From contig JAWOBX010000049.1 of the NCBI GenBank assembly GCA_046484125.1, positions 4,437 to 68,436 of the forward strand: a stretch of 64,000 nucleotides of DNA, read 5' to 3'. The stretch's first letter is position 1. Each line of letters starts with the position of its first letter. This document shows, in pieces, positions 19,683-29,568 of the stretch. Source of the stretch: Dehalococcoidia bacterium (lineage in GTDB: Bacteria > Chloroflexota > Dehalococcoidia > SZUA-161 > SpSt-899). Below the pieces are notes generated by a model that saw only the letters and a list, made by a program, of their open reading frames with translations, made no database searches and was not told the DNA's origin. The translations under genes were made by a program, and so were the position numbers.

Positions 19683-20081
19683 ATGAAAAAGATCAATCCG
19701 AAAAAGACCGACTTTATCCAGAGGATTAACGCTATAAGCGGCCAGAATGCTGGACAGTGTTACCAGTGCGGTACCTGCTCAGCGGCGTGCCCTAACGCGG
19801 AAGATCTGGACTTGCTGCCCAGACAAATAATGAGGCGGACGCAACTGGGTATGGAGGCAGATGTCAAGAATGCCACGGCCCCCTGGATATGCGCTTCGTG
19901 CCTTTCATGTACGATTCGTTGCCCTAGGGGAATAGACCTGGCAAGGGTTATGGAAGCCATAAGGCTTCTTAAACTGAGGGATAATGTGGATTATGTCAAT
20001 CCAAGAGAGCTTTCGCTCGAGGTACTGGAGGATTTGCCTCAAATCGCGCTGATAAGCAGTTTTAGAAAACACACAGCCTGA
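19683..20081 (+). CDS. HdrC-like 2x[4Fe-4S] ferredoxin-type subunit
   Basis: CYQCGTCSAACP and CASCLSCTIRCP motifs; 132 aa. Confidence 0.7.
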   Translation: MKKINPKKTDFIQRINAISGQNAGQCYQCGTCSAACPNAEDLDLLPRQIMRRTQLGMEADVKNATAPWICASCLSCTIRCPRGIDLARVMEAIRLLKLRDNVDYVNPRELSLEVLEDLPQIALISSFRKHTA

Positions 20082-20091
20082 GGAATGAGAA

Positions 20092-20982
20092 ATGAAGTTG
20101 AACTATCTGCCGGGATGTACACTGAAAACCAGAGCCACAGAGCTTGATACGACCACAGTTGCCGCCATGGAGAAGCTTGGTATCGAGCTTGAGGAACTTC
20201 CCAGGTGGAACTGTTGCGGCACAGTCTATTGCTTCGCCGAAGATGACTTGATGCACCAGATAGCGCCCGTCCGTAATCTCATCAGAGCCCAGGAGCAGGG
20301 TGGTGGCAAGCTGGTGACCGTGTGCTCATTCTGTTATAACACCCTTAAACGCGCCAGTCTGTTAATGGAAAATGACGAGGAGAAGCTCAACATCCTGAAT
20401 GATTTCATGGATGAAGAGCCTGACTACACCAGAAGCGTAAGTGTGGTTCACCTACTCGAGTTAATTCGTGATGATATTGGCTGGGAAGAGGTGGCCAGAC
20501 ATGTCGAGAATCCCCTGAAAGGACTTAAGGTTGCGCCCTACTATGGGTGCACTCTCCACAGGCCGAAGGAGGCGGCGATTGAGCCCGCCGATAATCGAAC
20601 CGTGTTGCCCGACCTGCTCAAGACTCTGGGGGCTGACGCTGTTAAATTCCCGGACGAGGACAAGTGTTGCGGGTCTTATCAGGTGGTAGCTAATCCGCAA
20701 ATACCCTTGAACCGCGCGAGAGAGATACTTAATTCGGCTCGTGAAAAAGGTGCCGAGGTTCTCTGCGTGAGTTGTCCTCTTTGTGAATGCAACTTGAGGC
20801 AAATGCAAATAAAACTCAGGGAAGAAGAGGGATTCAGGGAACTCCCTATAATCTATTTCACGCAGCTTATGGCGCTGGCCTTCGGTCTGGAGTCCAGCCT
20901 GTGTCAATGCGAAGCCTCAGTGGCTGACGCGAGCCCGGTTCTCGAAAACAAGGGAATTCTACCCGCACGATCAAAGGCTTGA
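20092..20982 (+). CDS. HdrB/SdhE-like subunit with two cysteine-rich CCG domains
   Basis: CCG-type motifs NCCGTVY...CSFC and KCCGSYQ...CPLCECN; 296 aa. Confidence 0.75.
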   Translation: MKLNYLPGCTLKTRATELDTTTVAAMEKLGIELEELPRWNCCGTVYCFAEDDLMHQIAPVRNLIRAQEQGGGKLVTVCSFCYNTLKRASLLMENDEEKLNILNDFMDEEPDYTRSVSVVHLLELIRDDIGWEEVARHVENPLKGLKVAPYYGCTLHRPKEAAIEPADNRTVLPDLLKTLGADAVKFPDEDKCCGSYQVVANPQIPLNRAREILNSAREKGAEVLCVSCPLCECNLRQMQIKLREEEGFRELPIIYFTQLMALAFGLESSLCQCEASVADASPVLENKGILPARSKA

Positions 20983-21106
20983 GAGAGTCTGGTTAACCTT
21001 TGAAAACTGGTAAAGCGGTGATATATCACGGAACTGAGGGCAGGTTTTTTTGCGCAAGGTCGGCTGAGTCGCAGCACCAGTAGTTTGCGACGAGGGATCA
21101 TAAACT

Positions 21107-21895
21107 ATGGAGGATACCACTGTGGAAGAGCAAATTGCAGCGGTTGAGACAAGAATGATACCAATATTCATAATGGGGAAGAGATATGATGTCCCTGAGG
21201 GACTGACCATAATGAAGGCGCTGGAATATGCCGGGTATCAATACATACGGGGATGTGGGTGCCGGGGGGGCATATGCGGCGCCTGCGGAACGATTTACCG
21301 CAAGCCGGGCGATTACAAAATATACAGCGCGCTTGCCTGTCAGACAGCCGCCGAACCGAACATGTATTTGACCCAGTTGCCGTTCTTTCCGGCAAATCAT
21401 GTCGCATGTAATTACGAGGAACTTGCGGGAAAACCGGAGGAGATTTACAAACTGTACCCTGAGTTGTTCAGATGCGTAGCATGCAACGCGTGCAGCAAGA
21501 TATGCCCGATGGATGTTCCCGTTATGGACATAATATCCTACATCAAACAGGGTAATATTGAAAAAGCTGCCTTTGAATCCTTCGATTGTATCCAGTGCGG
21601 TCTCTGTACCAGCCGCTGCTTTGCGGAGGCACCTCAGTACCATATCATGCAGCTGGCCAGGCGTTTATATGGAGGCAAGCTGGCGCCACAGGCCAAACAT
21701 AACGCCCGTGCGGCTCAGGCTGTTAAATACGAACATAAGTTCAATGATATGCTGGATGAACTGAAAAAGATGAGCGTCGATGAGTTGAAGAAAACCTATA
21801 CGGAAAGGGAGATAGAGCCCGAGACAGCGGGAGAGGATTGGCAACCAAAGGACTTCAGATTCCTGCTAGATGATTTCAAGAAACAGGCAGTGTAA
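21107..21895 (+). CDS. Succinate dehydrogenase/fumarate reductase iron-sulfur subunit (SdhB-like)
   Basis: N-terminal 2Fe-2S plant-ferredoxin-like fold (CGCRGGICGACG) plus two 4Fe-4S motifs (CVACNACSKICP, CIQCGLCTSRC). Confidence 0.75.
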   Translation: MEDTTVEEQIAAVETRMIPIFIMGKRYDVPEGLTIMKALEYAGYQYIRGCGCRGGICGACGTIYRKPGDYKIYSALACQTAAEPNMYLTQLPFFPANHVACNYEELAGKPEEIYKLYPELFRCVACNACSKICPMDVPVMDIISYIKQGNIEKAAFESFDCIQCGLCTSRCFAEAPQYHIMQLARRLYGGKLAPQAKHNARAAQAVKYEHKFNDMLDELKKMSVDELKKTYTEREIEPETAGEDWQPKDFRFLLDDFKKQAV

Positions 21896-21905
21896 GGAGA
21901 AGGAT

Positions 21906-23579
21906 ATGGCTTACCCGGAGAGTTTAAGAAACCTCATTAAGAAAGTGGAGGAGACCAGACCGGAGCGAGTGGAAAAGAAGAAAGCCGGCATCGAAGTGCC
22001 CATGCTGTCGCTCGATGAACGGAGTGAAATCCTTGAGAATTTTCACCCCGATTATATTCCAGGGACAAGAAGAGATCTCAGGGTGGGGCCAAGTAAGGGG
22101 TACGCTGTGGCTCACGAGTTCGCCGATCTTCTTGAATCGAAAAGCCGGGTCGATCCTGACAGGGTGGATCTCACAAAGATTGATTACGAGACCGATGTAC
22201 TGGTGATCGGTGGAGGCGGTGCCGGAACGGCCGCGGCCCTGCTCGCTCAGGAAAACGGCGCTAAAGTTATTATCGCTACCAAACTGCGGCATGGAGACGC
22301 AAACACCATGATGGCGGAAGGGGGCATACAGGCAGCCGACAAGCTCTGGAAGGATTCGCCCGCCTATCACTATCTTGACACCATCGGAGGCGGCCATTTT
22401 ACCAATGATCCTGACCTTGCCGCCAGGCTGGTAACCGAGGCTCCTGATGTTCTGAACTGGCTTGAAAGACTCGGTATGATGTTCTGGAAGAATTCCGATG
22501 GCACCATGGACACTTTGCCGGCAGCGGGATTCAGTCGCAGCCGACTGCACTATTCCGGGGATATAACCGGCGCGGAGATAATGCGTGTGATCAGAGATGA
22601 AGCCAGAAACCGGAAAGATGATATCACCGTGCTCGAGTTCTGCCCGGCAGTAGACCTTATACTCGACGAGAACGGCCAATGCGCCGGCGCGCTTATGTAC
22701 AATCTGGATACCGAAGAATACTTCATAATCAAAGCCAAAGCTACCGTAATAGCTACAGGGGGTTCAGGCAGGCTTCACGTTCAGGGATTCGTCACTACAA
22801 ATCACTACGGAGCAACAGCCGACGGTATAGTCCTCTCATATCGAGCCGGCATACCGCTTAAATTCCTTCATACATTGCAGTATCATCCCACTGGCTGTAT
22901 ATTCCCCGAGCAGCTCGAAGGTTTGCTCATAACCGAGAAGTTCAGGGCCGCCGGAGCCAATGTACTCAATGTCGACGGCGAGCAGTTTGTATACGAACGC
23001 GAGCCAAGAGATATTGAAGCAGCAGCGTACATCAGGGAATGCGCTGAGCGGGGCAAGGGTGTTCCAACTCCTACGGGGAAACAGGGTATATGGCTTGACT
23101 CTCCCATGCTGGACCTGATTCACTGGGAGGGATATGTCAGGAAAGAGTTTCCCGGCAAGTGTAAGCAGTTCGGAAGGCACGGGATTGACATATCCAGGGA
23201 GCCTATGCTTGTATATCCAACACTCCATTATCAAAACGGTGGTGTGGAGTTTAAGGCATCGGGCGAGACGAGTATACCGGGACTTTACCTCGCCGGTGAG
23301 GTTGGGGGAGGTATACATGGTGAGAATCGGCTGATGGGTAACTCGCTGCTCGATATCCTGGTGTTCGGCAGGATATCGGGTGAGAACGCCGCGATATATG
23401 CCAGAGAGCACTCAGAGTCAGGAAAACTGAGCCTGGAACATGTGAGAGCATACAACCGGGAAGTGGATGAGGCCGGCATTGAAACTGACATCGTCTCTCC
23501 GATGTTGCTTCCAAATTACACCAGTCCGGAGGTAAGGGAAAGGCAGCTGAGTTCAAAATATGTTGGCAATCTAAGATAA
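21906..23579 (+). CDS. Succinate dehydrogenase/fumarate reductase flavoprotein subunit with about 100 aa N-terminal extension
   Basis: VLVIGGGGAGTAAA FAD Rossmann; RHGDANTMMAEGGIQA covalent-FAD-type His motif; about 557 aa from ATG 21906 after GGAGAAGG. Confidence 0.8.
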   Translation: MAYPESLRNLIKKVEETRPERVEKKKAGIEVPMLSLDERSEILENFHPDYIPGTRRDLRVGPSKGYAVAHEFADLLESKSRVDPDRVDLTKIDYETDVLVIGGGGAGTAAALLAQENGAKVIIATKLRHGDANTMMAEGGIQAADKLWKDSPAYHYLDTIGGGHFTNDPDLAARLVTEAPDVLNWLERLGMMFWKNSDGTMDTLPAAGFSRSRLHYSGDITGAEIMRVIRDEARNRKDDITVLEFCPAVDLILDENGQCAGALMYNLDTEEYFIIKAKATVIATGGSGRLHVQGFVTTNHYGATADGIVLSYRAGIPLKFLHTLQYHPTGCIFPEQLEGLLITEKFRAAGANVLNVDGEQFVYEREPRDIEAAAYIRECAERGKGVPTPTGKQGIWLDSPMLDLIHWEGYVRKEFPGKCKQFGRHGIDISREPMLVYPTLHYQNGGVEFKASGETSIPGLYLAGEVGGGIHGENRLMGNSLLDILVFGRISGENAAIYAREHSESGKLSLEHVRAYNREVDEAGIETDIVSPMLLPNYTSPEVRERQLSSKYVGNLR

Positions 23580-23657
23580 GCTTAAACGTTGTTTTTTTTG
23601 CATTCCAAATAGTTAACGGAAATTCTGATCCGGGTGGTTAACCAATGAGGAGGGTGT

Positions 23658-24215
23658 ATGGCACTTCGAATCAGTTCCCCGATCGATTCCACGACAATCG
23701 ACAAGTTGAAAGCGGGCGACCAGGTGGTTATCAGCGGCACTCTTTACGTCGCCAGGGATGCGGCGCACAAACGAATGATTGAGGCGCTTGAGATGGGAGA
23801 GGGCCTCCCATTTGATATATCAGGCCAGACTATATACTATATGGGTCCCTCACCAGCTAAACCAGGTCAGGTAATCGGCGCGGCGGGGCCAACCACAAGC
23901 GGAAGGATGGACGCTTACGCGCCAAGACTGATGGAGGCAGGCCTTAAAGCTATGATTGGTAAAGGTCTCCGCTCTGATGAAGTCAAGAATGCCATGAGGA
24001 AGCATAAGGCCGTTTACCTTGCTGCCATCGGGGGGGCGGGAGCGCTTATCTCAAAGAGCATAAAAAGCTCCGAGATCGTGGCCTACGAGGACCTTGGAGC
24101 CGAGGCGCTGCGAAAGCTTGAGATTGAGGATTTCCCGGCCACGGTTATCAACGACATTCACGGGGGAGACCTGTACCAGGAAGGTAAAGCCAGGTACCGG
24201 GTGCCGGCGGGCTGA
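23658..24215 (+). CDS. Class I (Fe-S) fumarate hydratase, beta subunit (C-terminal domain)
   Basis: 185 aa; GPTTSGRMD ... AIGGAGAL beta-subunit signature. Confidence 0.8.
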   Translation: MALRISSPIDSTTIDKLKAGDQVVISGTLYVARDAAHKRMIEALEMGEGLPFDISGQTIYYMGPSPAKPGQVIGAAGPTTSGRMDAYAPRLMEAGLKAMIGKGLRSDEVKNAMRKHKAVYLAAIGGAGALISKSIKSSEIVAYEDLGAEALRKLEIEDFPATVINDIHGGDLYQEGKARYRVPAG

Positions 24216-24242
24216 TAACCTGAAAGTACATGGTCGCTGGAC

Positions 24243-24785
24243 TTACGGCATCTCCAGTCGGCCGACCGCGATTTTCAGAAGTCCGGCGACACTCTTAGCG
24301 TCACATATTTCGCCGCTGAAAATCATTTGAAGAGCCTCATTCAGTGATACGAGAAGAACATCCGATATTTCATCGTCATCAGTATTGCTCTCCTCGCGTT
24401 TCAAATCAGTGGCCAGGAACAGGTGCAGATACTCGGTGGAGTAACCGGGACCCGCGTAAAACCCTCCAAGTTGCTCTATATTGCCGGCTGAGTAACCCGT
24501 CTCCTCCTCGAGTTCACGGATAGCGCACTCCAGGGGCGACTCACCAGGTTCCCTTTTGCCGGCGGGAACTTCAATAAGCGAATCCCCAACGGCTGTCCGG
24601 AACTGTTTGACAAGTATCACGTTATCATAAGCGTTAATGGCTACTACTACGACAGAGTCGGTATGTTCCACGATCTCACGAGTTGTTCGCCTCCCTGAAG
24701 GAAGCTCAACTGAGTCGACTCTGAGGTTTATCATCCTTCCCTGATAAACCGGATTGCTCTCCAATACCCTCTCGCCTCTTACCAT
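24243..24785 (-). CDS. NUDIX hydrolase (ADP-ribose pyrophosphatase-like)
   Basis: Nudix box GKREPGESPLECAIRELEEETGY. Confidence 0.8.
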   Translation of the reverse strand: MVRGERVLESNPVYQGRMINLRVDSVELPSGRRTTREIVEHTDSVVVVAINAYDNVILVKQFRTAVGDSLIEVPAGKREPGESPLECAIRELEEETGYSAGNIEQLGGFYAGPGYSTEYLHLFLATDLKREESNTDDDEISDVLLVSLNEALQMIFSGEICDAKSVAGLLKIAVGRLEMP

Positions 24786-25255
24786 TTTACCTCGGCCTCC
24801 GGTTCCAGCTTGAGAACCATGGCGTTCTCATCGCAGTCAGGGTATTTGGGGCACCTCTGACACTCACCCCAAACCTTTCTGGGAAGCTCCATTAGGTCAA
24901 TCTCTGAGAATCCGAACCGGCTGAAGAACCCTGGTTCATAAGTGAGGGCGAAGACAACCGGCGCGCCCAGGTCCCTGGCTTCTTTAAGGCAGGCCTGGAC
25001 TATGGCCGCCCCCACACCCCGCCCCTGCCTTTCCTCGGCTACAGCTACCGCCTTTATCTCCAGGAGGTCAGACCAGCATATGTGAAGAGCTCCACATCCA
25101 ACGACCTCATCCTCTTCCCGTACAACGTAGAAATCCCGCATGTTCTCATACAGCTCGCTCAGCGGCCTGGGCAGCATGAGGCCCCGAGACCCGTATTTGT
25201 TGACGAGTTTGTGTATCTGCGTGACGTCCTTTATCGTCGCTTTGCTGGCTTTCAT
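24779..25255 (-). CDS. GNAT N-acetyltransferase (short ArgA-like amino-acid N-acetyltransferase)
   Basis: 158 aa; acetyl-CoA motif QGRGVGAAIV; strong overall resemblance to short-form ArgA. Confidence 0.7.
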   Translation of the reverse strand: MKASKATIKDVTQIHKLVNKYGSRGLMLPRPLSELYENMRDFYVVREEDEVVGCGALHICWSDLLEIKAVAVAEERQGRGVGAAIVQACLKEARDLGAPVVFALTYEPGFFSRFGFSEIDLMELPRKVWGECQRCPKYPDCDENAMVLKLEPEAEVKW

Positions 25256-26100
25256 TTCTCTGTATCTCTGCCAATGCTGAGTTTCTTCAGCAGTATCTGG
25301 TAATAGGATGATCTGGGCTGTAACCTTAACAATCGTGTTACCAGTGGACTCCTTCTGATCTTGATTGTATCGACATTCCTCAGTGAGACCTCAACCTGTC
25401 CATCAATGCTTACCCTTGACTCGTGGGCTGTCTGCACGGCAAGCTCTACTTCAGTATCATCAGGCATTACCAGCGAAGGTGACGGGCCTTTGATGGGTAT
25501 CAGCGGTGTGAGAACGAATTCCCTCGCGTTGGGGAAAAGCATCGGCCCGCCGGCCGCCAGTGAGTAAGCGGTACTTCCAGTGGCGGTTGCCACCACCACC
25601 CCATCTGTTGTGTAACTCGCGACCGGCTGTCCATTGATGTTAGCCTTTATCTTTATGACCCTTATGACAGATCCGCGCCCCACAACAACATCGTTCAACG
25701 CGTGTGCTGTGATAAAATCCGAATGTAAGGGCAGCTCGACCTCAAGCATTGCCCTTTCGTCAATCCATCCAGCGCCATTCATCAAGTCGGGTATTCTATC
25801 CATTGCCTCGGACGCGGGGAATTCCGTGGTGAAACCAAGGGTGCCCATGTTAATGCCCAGAATGGGTATACCAGCGGGTGAGGCCAGTCTGGCCACACGG
25901 AGAATAGTTCCATCGCCTCCAAGGCTTATAATGACCGCCGTTCCGGAAAGCCTCTTACTTGCCGTGTTCTCGTCGGACGCGGGGCAAAGCCAGGAATCAA
26001 CTTTCTTCTCTTTCAGGAAGCCCTGAAGATTCCGGGCGAATTCCTCAGATTCAGCAATACGCGCGTTGTAAAGTATGCCAGCCTTTTTCATTTGTGCCAC
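25252..26100 (-). CDS. nadK: NAD kinase
   Basis: GGDGTILR and NMGTLGF motifs. Confidence 0.85.
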   Translation of the reverse strand: MAQMKKAGILYNARIAESEEFARNLQGFLKEKKVDSWLCPASDENTASKRLSGTAVIISLGGDGTILRVARLASPAGIPILGINMGTLGFTTEFPASEAMDRIPDLMNGAGWIDERAMLEVELPLHSDFITAHALNDVVVGRGSVIRVIKIKANINGQPVASYTTDGVVVATATGSTAYSLAAGGPMLFPNAREFVLTPLIPIKGPSPSLVMPDDTEVELAVQTAHESRVSIDGQVEVSLRNVDTIKIRRSPLVTRLLRLQPRSSYYQILLKKLSIGRDTEK

Positions 26101-26576
26101 TCATTTGATTCTAACACATCTCCTAACTCCTCAACCATCCTCTCCCAGTGAGTACCTTTCCAGTAAACCCGTCCACATTCAGGGCACTGCATGAACGTAT
26201 TACGGGTTTCGAATACATATGGTGGAACAAGATTCCTTATCTCCTCCTTTTCTCTCGTTACCAGCCTGGTATTACATTCCATGCATATGGTAAACGGATC
26301 GGACTCACCTCCAAGTTCCAACTCGTCAATAACCTGCTGTAACTGCTCTTTAACCTCGCCCGCCTCTATTAATAAAGCCCGGGCCTTTCCCGAGGTTACG
26401 ACCCTTCTTTTCATTATCCCCGAATCCCTTGTCAGTAGAACCCTGCCCTCTTTCCACGCGATCTTCAGGAGCTCGTCATCGTGGGCCCCGTTTATGAACA
26501 TGGTGTCATAGCCCAGCATCCTGAGCCTCCGGGCAAGTTTCCCCGCGTTAACGTCGACGATGAACCTTTCTTTCAC
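26088..26576 (-). CDS. Mut7-C RNase-domain protein (DUF82, PIN-like) with C-terminal zinc ribbon
   Basis: N-terminus RFIVDVNAGKLARRLRMLGYDT matches the family consensus; C-terminal CxxC...CxxC. Confidence 0.65.
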   Translation of the reverse strand: MKERFIVDVNAGKLARRLRMLGYDTMFINGAHDDELLKIAWKEGRVLLTRDSGIMKRRVVTSGKARALLIEAGEVKEQLQQVIDELELGGESDPFTICMECNTRLVTREKEEIRNLVPPYVFETRNTFMQCPECGRVYWKGTHWERMVEELGDVLESNEWHK

Positions 26577-26810
26577 ATCTTCAATAATAACATGATCAAT
26601 TATGCCCTTTCATTACAACCTGGAACAGCGTTTTATTCGTAAACCGTTCAGCCGGCGGACTAACAGTATATCAGGTAATAACACCACACCAGACCAGCGC
26701 TTTGTTATCACCTCATGGAGGCAAAAAAGCAGCGATTGATATGATGCCGGCATGGAATGACTTCAATCGCTGTTCTGGGTACAGGACAAATCTGCTATAA
26801 TGCATCTACC

Positions 26811-27224
26811 ATGCCTGAATTCGAGATAATCGATCACACCGCCGACACCGCGATTGTCGCGTATGGTGATAACATGGAAGAGCTCTTCATTAACGCGGCT
26901 CGCGGAACTATGAGTCTGGTCGCTGACCTCGAAAAAGTCGAGCCTGTTGTTTCACATGTGATAACAGCGGAAGCGGCCAACCAGGAAGAGCTCCTCGTGG
27001 CATGGATCAACGAGCTGCTGTATTTATTTGATGCTGAAGAGCTCATATTCAGCCGCTTTGTGATTGACTTCGTCGGGACTGACCATGTGAAAGCCACTGG
27101 TTACGGTGAAAAAGTCGATGCATCCCGGCATGACCTGAGGACACAGGTAAAGGCGGCCACATACCATGAACTGGAGATCAATGCGACGGACGGCTATAGG
27201 GCGCATATAATTCTTGATGTTTAA
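26811..27224 (+). CDS. Archease (RtcB activator)
   Basis: MPEFEIIDHTADTAIVAYG...; start at in-frame ATG 26811. Confidence 0.8.
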   Translation: MPEFEIIDHTADTAIVAYGDNMEELFINAARGTMSLVADLEKVEPVVSHVITAEAANQEELLVAWINELLYLFDAEELIFSRFVIDFVGTDHVKATGYGEKVDASRHDLRTQVKAATYHELEINATDGYRAHIILDV

Positions 27225-27237
27225 AGGGGATTAAGAG

Positions 27238-28698
27238 ATGGCCCCCGAATTAAGAGATCACCTGAGGAAAATAGACGATTACCGATGGGAGATATCAACG
27301 GATTACAAGCAGGGCATGCTGGTACCGGGAATGCTTTATGCCAGCGATTCGATGATAGAGCAGATAGCAAAGGATAAAACTCCCGAGCAGGTAGCCAATG
27401 TCGCCTTTCTCCCCGGGATTGTAGGCAGGTCAATGGCCATGCCCGATATTCACTGGGGATACGGTTTCCCTATCGGTGGCGTCGCCGCCACGCGATTTTC
27501 GGATGGTGTGATTTCACCTGGCGGTGTCGGGTTCGATATTAACTGCGGTGTCAGGCTCTTGAGAACCGGATTGACGGAGGAAGAGGTCAGACCACGTATC
27601 AGGCAGATAATAGCTGAACTGTTCACGAGTATACCTTCAGGGGTAGGCTCAGAAGGCAGGATAAAACTGAAGGGTAACGAGATCAACAGGGTTTTGAGAA
27701 ACGGCGCAAAATGGGCGGTGGATGAGGGTTACGGCAATGAAGATGATCTGGAGCGCACGGAGGATGGTGGCTGTGTCAAGTATGCGGACCCCGGGAGTGT
27801 CAACGAAAAGGCGAAAAAGAGGGGAGTTCCTCAATTGGGAACGCTCGGATCAGGGAACCACTTCGTTGAAGTCCAGGCGGTTGATCACATCTATGATGAG
27901 GATACAGCTAAGGCATTCGGGGTTGAAAGATTGGGACAGGTGCTGATTCTCATTCATACCGGTTCGCGGGGATTCGGGCATCAGGTATGCGACGACTATC
28001 TTAAAACAATGGGAAGTGCGGTAAAAAAATACGGCATTCAATTGCCGGATCGACAGCTCGCGTGTGCCCCGCTCAAATCGGAGGAGGGGCAGGCCTATTT
28101 ATCGGCCATGGCATGCGCGGCGAATTACGCCTGGGCCAATCGTCAATGTATCACTCACTGGGTGAGGGAAGGCTTATCTAATATCTTCGGCCGGAACCTG
28201 GGAGAAGCCGGTCTCTACCTGATATATGATGTAGCCCACAACATCGCCAAAATTGAAGAGCATCAGTTTCAGGGTAAGATAGCAAAACTCTGCGTACATA
28301 GAAAGGGTGCCACCAGAGCGTTTCCGGCGGGGCACCCGGATGTCAGTCCAGTGTATAGACACGTCGGTCAGCCTGTGCTCATACCCGGCGATATGGGACG
28401 TTACTCCTATGTTGCCGTGGGAACCGAGACAGCAATGAATGAGACATTTGGTTCAACGTGCCACGGGGCAGGGCGAATTATGAGCCGCTCAGCGGCCAAG
28501 CGCGAACTGTCAGCTTCAGATGTTACCGATGTGCTGAGGGAGAAAGGCATTGAATTCAAGACAGCGAGCAAATCGGGCCTGGTGGAAGAGGCCTCAGAGG
28601 TATATAAGGATGTCTCAGATGTGGTCGACGTAGCGCATGGAGCCGGTATCTCCAGGAAGGTGTTTAAAGCGCGGCCAATCGGCGTGATTAAGGGGTGA
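27238..28698 (+). CDS. rtcB: RNA-splicing ligase RtcB
   Basis: 486 aa; metal-binding motifs (DIHWGYGFPIGG, GSGNHF, HTGSRGFGHQ, CHGAGR). Confidence 0.9.
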   Translation: MAPELRDHLRKIDDYRWEISTDYKQGMLVPGMLYASDSMIEQIAKDKTPEQVANVAFLPGIVGRSMAMPDIHWGYGFPIGGVAATRFSDGVISPGGVGFDINCGVRLLRTGLTEEEVRPRIRQIIAELFTSIPSGVGSEGRIKLKGNEINRVLRNGAKWAVDEGYGNEDDLERTEDGGCVKYADPGSVNEKAKKRGVPQLGTLGSGNHFVEVQAVDHIYDEDTAKAFGVERLGQVLILIHTGSRGFGHQVCDDYLKTMGSAVKKYGIQLPDRQLACAPLKSEEGQAYLSAMACAANYAWANRQCITHWVREGLSNIFGRNLGEAGLYLIYDVAHNIAKIEEHQFQGKIAKLCVHRKGATRAFPAGHPDVSPVYRHVGQPVLIPGDMGRYSYVAVGTETAMNETFGSTCHGAGRIMSRSAAKRELSASDVTDVLREKGIEFKTASKSGLVEEASEVYKDVSDVVDVAHGAGISRKVFKARPIGVIKG

Positions 28699-28739
28699 TT
28701 GGCCGCGTGTCGTTTGTACAAGAAAGGAGCCTTTTTGTA

Positions 28740-29549
28740 ATGAAAAAAATATGCCTTATGAATTTTACACTGGTGGTCGCCATGTTCTTGTTGATCACCG
28801 GATGCGTGAGCAATTCACCGAGTGACAAGGACGTTAAGGAACATCATGAAACGCTCACTCAGGTATCGACCTTAGATGCCCTTCTAAACGGAATATACGA
28901 TGGCGTGATCTCATATGAAGAGTTATCTGAATATGGTGATTTCGGTCTGGGCACATTTGAAGGACTGGATGGGGAGATGCTCGCTTTTGATGGAGAATTC
29001 TATCAGGTGAAGGCTGATGGGGTGGCTTACAGGGTCAAAGATGAGATGAACACACCGTTTGCGCAAATTGTGTTCTTCAACGCTGAGCAGTCCCTTCCTT
29101 TGGCCGACGAAATTGATTATGACAACCTTGACGATTTCTTAGATAACCATTTACCAACGGAAAATATTTTCTACGCCATAAGAATAGAGGGCAACTTCGA
29201 TTATGTTAAAACTCGCAGTGTTCCCGGTCAATCAAAGCCATATCCACCGCTCGCGGAAGTAACAGTAGAACAGTCCACATTTGAATTCCACGATGTGGAC
29301 GGAACGATTGTCGGGTTCAGGTCACCTCCATATGTAGGTGGAATTGGAGTGCCGGGATATCACCTTCACTTCCTCACCAAAGATGGTACGGCCGGAGGAC
29401 ATGTTCTGGAACTGGATGTAAATGAGGCTACAGCCTCGATAGACCATATATCGGATTTTTTCATGATATTACCCGGTGAAGGTAGTGATTTTTATCAGGT
29501 TGATCTGAATGAAGATAAACTGGACGATCTGCGTCAAGCGGAGCGATAA
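28740..29549 (+). CDS. Alpha-acetolactate decarboxylase with lipoprotein signal peptide
   Basis: GLGTFEGLDGEMLAFDGEFYQV core; N-terminal MKKICLMNFTLVVAMFLLITGC lipobox. Confidence 0.75.
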   Translation: MKKICLMNFTLVVAMFLLITGCVSNSPSDKDVKEHHETLTQVSTLDALLNGIYDGVISYEELSEYGDFGLGTFEGLDGEMLAFDGEFYQVKADGVAYRVKDEMNTPFAQIVFFNAEQSLPLADEIDYDNLDDFLDNHLPTENIFYAIRIEGNFDYVKTRSVPGQSKPYPPLAEVTVEQSTFEFHDVDGTIVGFRSPPYVGGIGVPGYHLHFLTKDGTAGGHVLELDVNEATASIDHISDFFMILPGEGSDFYQVDLNEDKLDDLRQAER

Positions 29550-29568
29550 TGGATGCGCTTCTTTTCGA

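Noticed and set aside
23580-23657. Terminator after sdhA-like gene (T8 run)
   Set aside because: T-run present but no convincing GC-rich stem precedes it.
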